From: Candidatus Parcubacteria bacterium
Lineage (GTDB): Bacteria; Patescibacteriota; Patescibacteriia; Patescibacteriales; BM507
DNA length: 51,699 nt
Reading direction: 5' to 3'
NCBI GenBank assembly: GCA_002869265.1
Contig: PKTH01000030.1
Span: forward strand, 1 to 51,699
Shown: piece after piece, positions 33,497 to 42,269 of the stretch
Numbering within the stretch: position 1 is the first letter of the stretch
Layout of the letters: each line of letters starts with the position of its first letter
Translations under genes and position numbers: made by a program
Notes under the pieces: generated by a model
What the model saw: only the letters and a program-made list of their open reading frames with translations
What the model was told of the DNA's origin: nothing
Database searches by the model: none

Positions 33497-35260
33497 CTAT
33501 TTTTTGTGCTTAAGATGGATTTCTTTATTTACATCTTCTATTTCTTTCCCTATAAACTCCTCTGAGATATCAAGAGCGTCTTGTAATTTATCCTTCACTC
33601 TTTTCTCAGACTCGCTTAAACCAGTCTTTTTGTCAGCTAGAGCCATTAATTCCTCTACCTCTTCTCTTAGGGCTGTAAAAATCTCTCCTAGTTTTAACTT
33701 GGCTTCTTCGGTCTCTCTGGCAATTCTTATTCGCTCTTCGCCAAACTTATGCTTAATAAACCAAATATATGTACATAAGCCTATAATAATCAAAAGTAGG
33801 ATAAGTATTATTATAAGACCATATGCCTCTATAATACTTGGACTAACAACAAGGAGAATATGTTTTGCTGTTTTGAAACTTTGTGCTCCTCTATCGTCCA
33901 CAATCCAAGCACGAACTTCGTAATTCCCCTTTTCTAGCTTATCTTGATGGAAATATGACCAATTCCCTTCTTCGTCTGTTCTTGTAGTATAGACTTCCAA
34001 CTCTTTTTCTGATTTAGCAATACTGATGTTTATTGTCACGTCTGGGTAAAATGATTTACCTCTAATAACAAGCTCCTGGTTTGTTTTAATAGATCCTGGT
34101 ATATCTGAGATAATTGGTGATTTTAGAGGCTCAACAAAGAAGCTAATTGAAGATGAGGCAGAATTTTGTGCTTTATCATATGCAATTAATTGGAATTTGT
34201 GTTCGCCTGGGTCGAGTCTATCAACAGTGTACTTTCCGCCCGTAACTTCTCCAACCTCTACTCTCTTAACATCTGTACCCTTTACCAGTTCATAATAATC
34301 AATACCAGAAGTCTTATCTTCAGCTGAGAATAATAAATCAGGTGATGGATTGTTGGAGTCGCCACCATTATCTGCTCTTAGATTTTTTAACTCTGGGGCG
34401 TTTGTATCAATCAAAAATTTTCTGTGGGCAATCTTTCCCCAACCAGAATTATTTTGATATTTAATATGTACATACCACTCACCATCTTCAACATTGTCAA
34501 ATTTTTTACTCTCGATTATACCATCAGAAATTGGTCCTGGGTCAGATTCCGGAGAATCTGTTATCGATATACTAACTCCTGTTAATTCGGCTAACATTTT
34601 CCAATTAAATTCTGGGTCATTGTCAGCATACCAAGCATCAACCTCTTCATGACTTTTAGATTTAATTTCAGGCTTAGGTGGTAATATTCCTCGAACAACC
34701 TCTTCTTCTTTTGGCTCTGGTTTTTTTTCAGGTTGTTTTTCTTCTATTACTTCTTCTGGCTCTTCAATTAATGTATAAGATGCATTGCCAAAACTCCCTA
34801 AAACATCTGTCCCTTTACCATCCTGAGCTAAAACAGAACCTGAAGAGAAACTTACTGTCGTATCACCTGCTTTTTTTACCTTAAAATTTGCTGTAAATAT
34901 AAGACCGGCCGCACCTTTATAAGCGCCTGGCAAACCACCTCCAAAGGAAATAGTGCCGGCTGAATTAGAATAGGTGGGCTCTGTTACCCATAGTTTAAAA
35001 ATAGTTCCTGAATCTGAAAGACTTGAAACACTTAAAAATTCTGGGTCAAATTTTATAAGACCCTCAGCCGCATTTATTCCAGGACTTCCACCACTATTAA
35101 CCATCACCTTCACTGAAATACTTTTTCCTTGAACATATTCTCCACTGGATGGTGACAAAAAGAGTGTGGCTTCTGCGGCTCTACTTTCTCTAACTAAAAG
35201 AGGGGAAATATTTATTCCCAAAAAAAATAACAATATTATTAAAAATTTTATCCTCCTCAT
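33497..35260 (-). CDS. Membrane-anchored cohesin-domain surface protein with cytoplasmic coiled-coil tail (paralog of 5560..7314)
   Basis: 587 aa. Signal peptide, cohesin-like domain (ATLFLSPSSGEYVQGKSISVKVMVNSGG...ISFGGGLPGAYKG...VLAQDGKGTDVL), charged linker, Ig-like domains, TM helix (LIIILILLLIIIGLCTYIWFI), then an ~85-aa charged helical tail. Confidence 0.7.
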   Translation of the reverse strand: MRRIKFLIILLFFLGINISPLLVRESRAAEATLFLSPSSGEYVQGKSISVKVMVNSGGSPGINAAEGLIKFDPEFLSVSSLSDSGTIFKLWVTEPTYSNSAGTISFGGGLPGAYKGAAGLIFTANFKVKKAGDTTVSFSSGSVLAQDGKGTDVLGSFGNASYTLIEEPEEVIEEKQPEKKPEPKEEEVVRGILPPKPEIKSKSHEEVDAWYADNDPEFNWKMLAELTGVSISITDSPESDPGPISDGIIESKKFDNVEDGEWYVHIKYQNNSGWGKIAHRKFLIDTNAPELKNLRADNGGDSNNPSPDLLFSAEDKTSGIDYYELVKGTDVKRVEVGEVTGGKYTVDRLDPGEHKFQLIAYDKAQNSASSSISFFVEPLKSPIISDIPGSIKTNQELVIRGKSFYPDVTINISIAKSEKELEVYTTRTDEEGNWSYFHQDKLEKGNYEVRAWIVDDRGAQSFKTAKHILLVVSPSIIEAYGLIIILILLLIIIGLCTYIWFIKHKFGEERIRIARETEEAKLKLGEIFTALREEVEELMALADKKTGLSESEKRVKDKLQDALDISEEFIGKEIEDVNKEIHLKHKK

Positions 35261-35272
35261 AAATTAAAACTT

Positions 35273-35707
35273 TTAGTTTTTTTCGATTTCTATTTTCATT
35301 TTTCCTTTCTGTAGACGCAAGAAAGGAAGCTTTAAAACCAAAATACCATTTTTAACCTTTGCATCAATTCGAGAAACATCAACTTCTTGCGGCAGTATGA
35401 TCTGTCTGTAAAATGACCCCCAGGAACATTCTTGCCTTAAATATTCTTTAGCCTCTTCGTCAACTTCAATCATTGGTAGCATTCTTTTCCCTTTTAGAGT
35501 CAAAACATCATTTTCATTTTCGATTGAGATATCTAATGTTTCAATATTTATACCCGCAATTAATGCTATGATAAAAATTTCTTCTTTAGTCTGAAAAATA
35601 TCAACATCTAATTGCATAAAACCTTGGGGTTTTTTATCCTTCTTGGGTTCTTCTTTTTTTACTTCCTCGGTTTCAATTTTATCTTTTATTTTATCTAGAA
35701 ATCCCAT
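35273..35707 (-). CDS. Small heat-shock protein, Hsp20/alpha-crystallin family
   Basis: 144 aa with an alpha-crystallin domain pattern (...DISIENENDVLTLKGKR...GSFYRQIILPQEVDVSRIDAKVKNGILVLKLP). Confidence 0.85.
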   Translation of the reverse strand: MGFLDKIKDKIETEEVKKEEPKKDKKPQGFMQLDVDIFQTKEEIFIIALIAGINIETLDISIENENDVLTLKGKRMLPMIEVDEEAKEYLRQECSWGSFYRQIILPQEVDVSRIDAKVKNGILVLKLPFLRLQKGKMKIEIEKN

Positions 35708-35771
35708 AATTTTCTTTTTAATTATTTACTTTATTATAACACATATCAAACAATCATACCAAATATTTATA

Positions 35772-37583
35772 TCAGCCTGTCCAGTAAAACATCATTATCG
35801 AAAAATCAATCAAGTCAACGTTTCCTGAGTCATTCTGATCTGCACAATCATTATCTGTGTTCCAGTGATAAAGCATAATAGAAAAGTCTGTAATATTTAC
35901 CTTACCATCGCCATTTAAGTCTCCTCCCGAACATTCATCTAACTGTTTTTCTACAGTTTCTCCTACACCAATATTAATAACATTTGAAAACTCGGAAAAA
36001 CCCATCTCTTCACTATACGACCTGGCTTTCAATCTATACTGGCCACTAAAGACACCACTTGCAGGGAATTCTATTTCCCATAAACCATTACTTTGAGTAT
36101 CCACCTGTTGTTTGAGAATTTCTTCTTCTCTAAGGGTTCTTTCAATGTATGGATAGAACCACAGCTCTGTGTAAGTATTGAATGCCCCATAGCCATGCAA
36201 GCCCATTGAGTCCCCCGGGTCTATTTCAATTGTATCTGTTTGAATGGTTGGGGATATAAAAATGTCTGAAACTGCTGACTTGGTTCCTTCTTCCACAAAA
36301 AATGTTGTGTTATAAGTCAAAGATTTCTCCCCCTCGGGGTCTGTCGCTATAAGCCCAAATGTATAGACACCTCTAGTTATTTCGTCAGCCCCGAAGCTAA
36401 AAACACCGGAACTATTAGCGTTTGTTGTTTTGGTTTCAACCCCATCGATCAATAGGGCTATCTTAGCGTTAGGATATGCTATACCAGAGAACTCTACCAT
36501 TGGGTCTCCCGGTAATTCAGGATAAGGATCGTAAATGCCGCCGCCTCCGCCTCCGCCGCCTCCGCCGCCTCCGCCAGTACCTCCGCCAGTACCTCCATCG
36601 TCACCTATATCATCGCCCTCATCCCCACCTGTTCCAACATCGGAACCATCATTGGAGGTTGTCCCTTCACCATCACCAGTGGTCCCCCCACCAGCTTCAG
36701 CTTCAATGTAGAAAAATATTTCATAATCATCTGTGTCGGGCACTAAATCTTCATCTAGACAACGAATATAATAAACATGCAAACCACCAGTTAAGCCAAC
36801 AATGGTTTGAGAATGAAAAAAATTACCAGTATAAGAAAAATCATTTTCCATTAGAGCATAAGGTGTTCCAGACGCATTTGTATATCGACATGAAGCATCG
36901 TAGTTTGTAACCAAAGAAAGGATAGTGGTAACTGTACCAAAAGTAAGAGTTCCTGTCGGTGCTCCACGGGATCTTATCTTGGGTCCTGTTGAAGAAAGAT
37001 TTATTGGCTGAACAATAGCTATCATCGGAGTGGCCCTGTCAAGCAAATTTGCACCAGCATCAAATGTTTCAACTTCTATGTTATAAGAACCAACAGTCCC
37101 GGGATTTATAACATAGGAATCACCAATAGCTTCATGAGTAGCTATATCACCAATTTTAATCTGAACATAAGCACCAGCCGGTATTCCAAGAGTGTTTCTA
37201 AGTGTTATTTCAATTACTTTGCTTGTGGTTGCCCCACTCAAACTAAGTCCATCAGCACTAAAAATGGGAAAAGAAAATAAATTTCTTTCTACATATCCAA
37301 AATCGCGATCACTCGAAGTGGCAAAGTCTATATCATTGAAATCCAGGTCAGCTGGTATCATAAACTTCCCTGGCTCAGGGGTTATTCTTATTTTACCACT
37401 GGGTGGGATTGCCTCAGTGGTTTTAAATTTAATAGTATGGTTTGCTTGGTAGCCTGGTCTAGAAGTTGTTATAAAATCACTAATTTGTGTTAGATTTTTT
37501 GCCTCAACTCTTGGAATAAGCGAAAAGACTATCGCAAACAAAAGAAAATATATGTTAAACTTTTTTAAAAAAATTCTAAACAT
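35772..37583 (-). CDS. Secreted dockerin-terminated protein (paralogous chassis to 8435..9685, different head)
   Basis: 603 aa with a signal peptide. The N-terminal module is shared with the two WxL-like proteins (ISDFITTSRPGYQANHTIKFKTT). It is followed by further beta domains, a long poly-Gly linker (GGTGGGTGGGGGGGGGGGGG) and two Ig-like domains. The C-terminal dockerin reads DLNGDGKVNITDFSIMLYHW / DQNDSGNVDLIDFSIMMFYW. Confidence 0.75.
   Translation of the reverse strand: MFRIFLKKFNIYFLLFAIVFSLIPRVEAKNLTQISDFITTSRPGYQANHTIKFKTTEAIPPSGKIRITPEPGKFMIPADLDFNDIDFATSSDRDFGYVERNLFSFPIFSADGLSLSGATTSKVIEITLRNTLGIPAGAYVQIKIGDIATHEAIGDSYVINPGTVGSYNIEVETFDAGANLLDRATPMIAIVQPINLSSTGPKIRSRGAPTGTLTFGTVTTILSLVTNYDASCRYTNASGTPYALMENDFSYTGNFFHSQTIVGLTGGLHVYYIRCLDEDLVPDTDDYEIFFYIEAEAGGGTTGDGEGTTSNDGSDVGTGGDEGDDIGDDGGTGGGTGGGGGGGGGGGGGIYDPYPELPGDPMVEFSGIAYPNAKIALLIDGVETKTTNANSSGVFSFGADEITRGVYTFGLIATDPEGEKSLTYNTTFFVEEGTKSAVSDIFISPTIQTDTIEIDPGDSMGLHGYGAFNTYTELWFYPYIERTLREEEILKQQVDTQSNGLWEIEFPASGVFSGQYRLKARSYSEEMGFSEFSNVINIGVGETVEKQLDECSGGDLNGDGKVNITDFSIMLYHWNTDNDCADQNDSGNVDLIDFSIMMFYWTG
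36537..36596 (-). repeat. GC-rich simple repeat (GGN)n encoding the poly-Gly linker
   Basis: Plus strand reads CCGCCGCCTCCGCCTCCGCCGCCTCCGCCGCCTCCGCCAGTACCTCCGCCAGTACCTCC. This is a striking GC island in an AT-rich gene, with short direct repeats of CCGCCTCCG and CCGCCAGTACCT. Confidence 0.8.
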
Positions 37584-37591
37584 TATTAATT

Positions 37592-37990
37592 TTAGAAATC
37601 TTTTTTATTCCCCCTTTTTCTCCTCCAATCAAGAATAAAATTAATTATTATTAATAAAAATAAAACTATAATACCGATTAGCATCCCCCAGATTAATTTG
37701 TTCTCTAGAATATAGTTTGCTGATTCTATATCTGCCTCCCTTTTATCTAGTTGCTTCTCACGTATATTTAAGTCATCTTGTTTCTCTTTGAGTTGCATAG
37801 CCAAGGTGTTCATAGGATTTTCTGGAACCGATGCTGACGAACCAACTCCTACGGCACTAGAAAAACGAGCCCCAAGATATTTTGAATATTCAAAGGGGCT
37901 TACACCGTAAGTACTTAAAAAGGAGAATAAAATAAAAGCAAAGAATAATATTCTAAATTTATGAATGTGCTTAACTGTTTTTTTTATCAT
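37592..37990 (-). CDS. Bitopic membrane protein with coiled-coil segment (hypothetical)
   Basis: I prefer the ATG at 37990 (MIKKTVKHIHKF...), which is preceded by SD AAGGAGG (rc of 38001..38007), over the listed start at 38026. It has an N-terminal hydrophobic segment, a charged helical region (LKEKQDDLNIREKQLDKREADIES) and a C-terminal TM. Confidence 0.5.
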   Translation of the reverse strand: MIKKTVKHIHKFRILFFAFILFSFLSTYGVSPFEYSKYLGARFSSAVGVGSSASVPENPMNTLAMQLKEKQDDLNIREKQLDKREADIESANYILENKLIWGMLIGIIVLFLLIIINFILDWRRKRGNKKDF

Positions 37991-38013
37991 ATAATTATAG
38001 CCTCCTTTTTTTA

Positions 38014-38853
38014 TTATTTCACACATCTAAAACCAACACCGACTCCAGTATATGATGGTTCAGAAACTAAATAAGTTGCGTAAACGCCTGCTTGTTCCTC
38101 ATTTGAGTAAAAGCCTCCACGAGCAACGCCTCTTACTCCACTATTTTTTATCCAAAAATAATCATTATTATAATTTTGATTTGTCTCTGACCCTGTCTCC
38201 ATTGCCAGCCCTTCATCATCAGTCTCATAAACAAAACCTTGTTTAGGCAGCTCTACTCCATCTAGCTTGCCGTTATTGATTGTTTCATCTGTCCACTCCC
38301 AAACATTCCCTATCATATCAAAAGCACCGAAAGAAGAGGAACAGTTCTCTCCGCTACCTGTTAATCCTGGTTGTGATTCCCAATTTTCTGAAACATGACA
38401 ATCACTCGCCCCCCAAGAAGATTCTTTGTCAGGTGTCCCAAGTGAAGCGCTTAACCATTCTTTATTAGTCGGCAATCTTTTCCCAACACGAGCACAAGCC
38501 TCTCTAGCTTGGTTTTGAGAAATAAATACCCACGGACTCGCATCAACTATTGAGTCTGGCTTACAATCAGCGCTAGCCATATTTTCCCTAGAGTCTTTTT
38601 GAGTGAAAACGTCTACAACAGGGCAATCATCACTAGCCGAAGCCTCATATCTATCTATACAAAAACCACCTGATGAAGAAGGAATAAAAACCATCTCAGG
38701 TGGACAAAGAGCATTATCACCAGACTCACCCAAAAGACTATCACTGGCCTTGATCCCTGCAGTAGCTAAAATAATAGCCAAAACCGAGACTATTATCTCT
38801 CTTTTGCCGATAAGTTTCTTTTTTTTCTGTTGTAGATTTATGGTTGAGGACAT
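38014..38853 (-). CDS. Membrane-anchored extracytoplasmic FGE/SUMF1-like (sulfatase-modifying-factor fold) protein
   Basis: 279 aa with an N-terminal TM anchor (IIVSVLAIILATAGI). FGE-sulfatase family hallmarks are present: MVFIPSSSGGFCIDRYEAS, RLPTNKEWLSA, GNVWEWTDE, ARGGFY and a C-terminal GFRCVK. Confidence 0.8.
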   Translation of the reverse strand: MSSTINLQQKKKKLIGKREIIVSVLAIILATAGIKASDSLLGESGDNALCPPEMVFIPSSSGGFCIDRYEASASDDCPVVDVFTQKDSRENMASADCKPDSIVDASPWVFISQNQAREACARVGKRLPTNKEWLSASLGTPDKESSWGASDCHVSENWESQPGLTGSGENCSSSFGAFDMIGNVWEWTDETINNGKLDGVELPKQGFVYETDDEGLAMETGSETNQNYNNDYFWIKNSGVRGVARGGFYSNEEQAGVYATYLVSEPSYTGVGVGFRCVK

Positions 38854-38858
38854 AAAAA

Positions 38859-39932
38859 CTATTTTTTATTCTTCATGATTTCTCTAAGATCAACTACCTC
38901 CCGGTGAGACTTTGACGTGTTTTGTTTTTTAGTTTCGATCGGCTCTTCGTTCGTCTCGATACTGTGTGGTCTTATTTTTTCTATTTCTCTCTGACTTTGT
39001 TTAATAGCCCTTCTGATATAGAATTTAATCAATAAAAATATAAAAAGAAGAATCCCTAAAATTGTTCCGGCTATTATAGAAACAATCTTAAAATCAACAT
39101 ACCAAAAATAAAAAGTTCTATTATCAACCTCTGTTGTCTGCTCACCGTAATGTATTGTAATAACTGCCTCATATTTGCCCATTTTAAAAATGCCCGACTC
39201 CCCTTCCCAAGAAAAATCCCAAGTTTTTGTACTCCCAGGCAAAACATTTCCATAGGCAGTGTCCTTATTTATATCTATAAGCCCCTTTTCGTTGCCAAAC
39301 ATATCCTTAATCACAATATTCCCCTTGGGCTGCAAATGAACATTACCGGTATTTTCAAATCGTAGTTTAAAATTAACTTCTGGATCTTTATAATAATTTT
39401 TGTCTGTTGTAAATTCTCTAATTCGCCCCTCCTCCACTACATCTCCAGAAATATTTACTAGAATTAAAGAAGAAATCATTGAAGAGATGCTAATACCAGA
39501 CCCTTGAATCTCCCCGGTTGGTTTTGTGCCAACCAAAATAGCGGCATAATGACCTCCTGGCTCCGCGCTTTCTGGAACTTTTATTTCAAAAGGTATTTCA
39601 ACGCTTCCAAAAGAGGAAATCGTGATTGGTCCATCCATTATTGTCATCCACTTTCTCAAAAAACCACTACCTGAGTCTTCTCCCTCCGATTCTTCTTTTG
39701 GTATTAGTTCAACTCCACCATCGGGGCTACTTCTAAAATCTTGGATATCTGTATACACAACCAAGTCGTTTTGATTATTGTTTACGAGCTTAACAGTACT
39801 AACCCAGGTCTCACCCGGGTTCATGTTGTTTTTCACCAGAGGAGGAGTTAGGGTCATTTTCAAAGTGTCTTCCTGAGCGAAGACAGATGACAAGGGAAAA
39901 AATATTAAAATTAAAATTAAAAGTTTTTTCAT
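38859..39932 (-). CDS. TM-anchored surface protein, DUF916/DUF3324-like (WxL-interacting-protein-like)
   Basis: 357 aa. Signal peptide, first beta domain (LTPPLVKNNMNPGETWVSTVKLVNNNQNDLVVY...WMTI...VPESAEPGGHYAAILVGT), second beta domain, TM helix (IIAGTILGILLFIFLLI), and a basic tail. Its ATG overlaps the upstream TGA (ATGA). Confidence 0.5.
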   Translation of the reverse strand: MKKLLILILIFFPLSSVFAQEDTLKMTLTPPLVKNNMNPGETWVSTVKLVNNNQNDLVVYTDIQDFRSSPDGGVELIPKEESEGEDSGSGFLRKWMTIMDGPITISSFGSVEIPFEIKVPESAEPGGHYAAILVGTKPTGEIQGSGISISSMISSLILVNISGDVVEEGRIREFTTDKNYYKDPEVNFKLRFENTGNVHLQPKGNIVIKDMFGNEKGLIDINKDTAYGNVLPGSTKTWDFSWEGESGIFKMGKYEAVITIHYGEQTTEVDNRTFYFWYVDFKIVSIIAGTILGILLFIFLLIKFYIRRAIKQSQREIEKIRPHSIETNEEPIETKKQNTSKSHREVVDLREIMKNKK

Positions 39933-40912
39933 TTTCTTTTTAGATCAATAATATCACTATTGTTATCATTGTTTATTTTTACTTTTTCTTTCCCAATTTG
40001 AAGACTTGCTTGGTGCTGTGGATGGGGATGATGGGTTTTTCTAAAAATTAATATACTCAAAAGAATTATAAATAAGATAATTAAAGTTCCAAAGAATATT
40101 AGAAATGGAAGGGTTATGACAATTAAATAAACAGTATCCTGTATATCCCTGGTCTGCTTGTCTCCATACTCGATCTCTAGCTTGGCTTTATATTTACCGG
40201 TTTTCAATTTAGTTGTACCGGTGATCTCAAAATTTGAAATATTTGCCGGAGGGATTGTCTTTGCTTCTGGGTTCACCTTAATAAAATCTACCTCCTCTCC
40301 TCTCTTGTTATAAACATAAATATTCCCCTGAGGAACTATATCTACATTACCTGAATTATTTATCTCTAAGAACAATGATGGAATTGGGTTTGTAAAAACT
40401 TTTTTTGTTGGGTAATAGTTGAGTGCACTGGCTTTCTCTACTGTTTGATCTTCTACAATAAGATTAATAAACAATTTGGGAGGACTCATTTCCAATGCAT
40501 TATTTTCTGCCTCAAGGCGGTGATTACCGTGGGCAAAAGTAATGGCTGCAAAATAATCACCAGGAACCGCGTCATAATTAATATCAATTTTTAGAGGAAG
40601 TGTAATTTCTGCATTTGGCATTATCTCTATCGCTCCTCTTTTAATACTAATCCAATCAATCAATTTAAACTGTCTATCCATTAATTCCGGATTATCTGTC
40701 GATCCTTCTTCCTGTAATTCTTCTAGGAGGGGGAAAATATTTAATTTATAGTTTGCGTTATTTTTTAGCTTAATATTATATTCCAAAATGTCTCTTGCTG
40801 CCCCCTCATCATCAATGATCTTGGGGCTCAGACTTAGTTCTCCTTCTTTTTGAGCACTAACACCAAAAATCGGCAGAAAAAGGAATAATATTATAAAGAA
40901 TATTTTTTTCAT
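39929..40912 (-). CDS. TM-anchored surface protein, DUF916/DUF3324-like
   Basis: I prefer the ATG at 40912 (MKKIFFIILFLFLPIFGVSAQ) over the TTG at 40921. The architecture matches its neighbours (LSLSPKIIDDEGAARDILEYNIKLKNN...WISI...DAVPGDYFAAITF, then TM LIILFIILLSILIF). Confidence 0.5.
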   Translation of the reverse strand: MKKIFFIILFLFLPIFGVSAQKEGELSLSPKIIDDEGAARDILEYNIKLKNNANYKLNIFPLLEELQEEGSTDNPELMDRQFKLIDWISIKRGAIEIMPNAEITLPLKIDINYDAVPGDYFAAITFAHGNHRLEAENNALEMSPPKLFINLIVEDQTVEKASALNYYPTKKVFTNPIPSLFLEINNSGNVDIVPQGNIYVYNKRGEEVDFIKVNPEAKTIPPANISNFEITGTTKLKTGKYKAKLEIEYGDKQTRDIQDTVYLIVITLPFLIFFGTLIILFIILLSILIFRKTHHPHPQHQASLQIGKEKVKINNDNNSDIIDLKRK

Positions 40913-40913
40913 A

Positions 40914-42020
40914 TTAAGCAAAGACTAAAAGATACACAATTCCCAAAACTAATAAAACTGAAATTATAACAACTGAAACTATCAATAATATATGAGTTGT
41001 AGAGGATGGCCCCTCGTAACTCTTGACGTACTTAACTTCAGCTAGACCCGCCTCTTCCATTGCTTTTTTAACTGCTTTGTTTTTATACATCTTTAAAAGA
41101 AGCCAAAAAATCAAAGCAAATATTAATATACTGGAAATTGTCAAATAAATAATTTTCCATGGTAGTATCCAAAAAGTTCTAACAGCTACCAATGATTGCA
41201 TACCTTGACCACCCAAATTAGTTGGCGTTCCGTAAGTCAAAACCAGATTAGCAGAATATTTACCGAAGGCCATATCACCGCTCCAGGAATGTTGAAACTT
41301 TCTAAATGTTTTTGGTAAAACGTTAGAAATTTTCTCATTAAATATTATTTCTTCAACGGTTTTCCCAAACTGATTTTTTATAGAAATAGTTCCTACTGGC
41401 GCCATGTGAACATTACCCTTGTTCTCAATCCTGGTTGTAAAATTAATCTCAAATGGAGTGTTGTAGTACTGTTTATCAGTGCTAAACTCACGTATATCAG
41501 CTCGTTCATCAGCATCACCCTTAACACGTAGTAAGATTAATGTGGCTGCTTGCTGTCCTATAGACATACCAGCCCCCCTATCTTCACTGTCTTGATTAAA
41601 CTCTGGGGGAAGTGTTCCAAAAACCACTGCCCCATAATAACCTCCTGGCCCAGCTTCTTCGGGAACATTTATGAAAACAGGAAGCTCTTTTGTTTCACCC
41701 GGAGCAAACATAATGCCGGAAGTAGCGGTATCAATCCAAGAGGCTAAGAATGAGCCTTCTTCACTGCCTGGTTCAAGCAAAGTTGCTTGACCTCCTTCGC
41801 CCTCGGCTTTAAAGTCTCGTAAAAAAGTAAAAATCTCCCTTGAAGAATTAGATTGATTAGTAACTTCAACTAATTTGGTCAGGGTTTGACCGGGATCCAC
41901 TAGATCACCTATTCTCACTGGAGAAATTTTTATACCCTCCTCAGACTGAGCTTTTATTTTATTTGCTGGAATTAAAACAAATAAAAAAATAAAAATAACT
42001 AAGTAATACCTTTTTGCCAT
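40914..42020 (-). CDS. TM-anchored surface protein, DUF916/DUF3324-like
   Basis: I prefer the ATG at 42020 (MAKRYYLVIFIFLFVLIPANKIKAQ) over the TTG at 42083. Motifs: IKISPVRIGDLVDPGQTLTKLVEVTNQS...SWID...VPEEAGPGGYYGAVVFGT. There are two C-terminal TM segments. Confidence 0.5.
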   Translation of the reverse strand: MAKRYYLVIFIFLFVLIPANKIKAQSEEGIKISPVRIGDLVDPGQTLTKLVEVTNQSNSSREIFTFLRDFKAEGEGGQATLLEPGSEEGSFLASWIDTATSGIMFAPGETKELPVFINVPEEAGPGGYYGAVVFGTLPPEFNQDSEDRGAGMSIGQQAATLILLRVKGDADERADIREFSTDKQYYNTPFEINFTTRIENKGNVHMAPVGTISIKNQFGKTVEEIIFNEKISNVLPKTFRKFQHSWSGDMAFGKYSANLVLTYGTPTNLGGQGMQSLVAVRTFWILPWKIIYLTISSILIFALIFWLLLKMYKNKAVKKAMEEAGLAEVKYVKSYEGPSSTTHILLIVSVVIISVLLVLGIVYLLVFA

Positions 42021-42216
42021 TTTAAATATAATTTTTGCATTAAACTTTGGTCCAAATAAAACAAATATACAAAAGTTGCTCAATTTTTACCCAACATTTT
42101 AATCGCAAATATATTAGTAATTTTCTAAATAAATTTAACTATATTTTACCAATTTTTTGGCTAATTTACAAATAAAAATTTTATTAATTTTTCCAAATAT
42201 TTTAAGTGTTTTTATA

Positions 42217-42244
42217 ATAAAAAACCCTCTTTAGTAAGAGAGTT
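42217..42244 (-). terminator. Terminator of 42270..43310
   Basis: Minus-strand RNA reads AACUCUCUU-ACUA-AAGAGGGUU (9 bp including one G-U) followed by a U-run. On the plus strand the equivalent stem has a mismatch. Confidence 0.7.
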
Positions 42245-42269
42245 TTTTATTATATGTAATCTATTTCAA

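Noticed and set aside
4784-37583. Interpretation of the cohesin/dockerin genes as a cellulosome
   Set aside because: I recognised no glycoside hydrolase, carbohydrate esterase, CBM or SLH modules. The dockerin-bearing proteins carry non-enzymatic heads, and the scaffolds are TM-anchored single-cohesin proteins.
38014-38160. Possible diversity-generating retroelement variable region at the C-terminus of the FGE/CLec-fold protein
   Set aside because: There is no reverse transcriptase ORF and no template-repeat copy of this segment in the window. The C-terminal sequence is not conspicuously Asn/AAC-rich. This remains worth a genome-wide check only.
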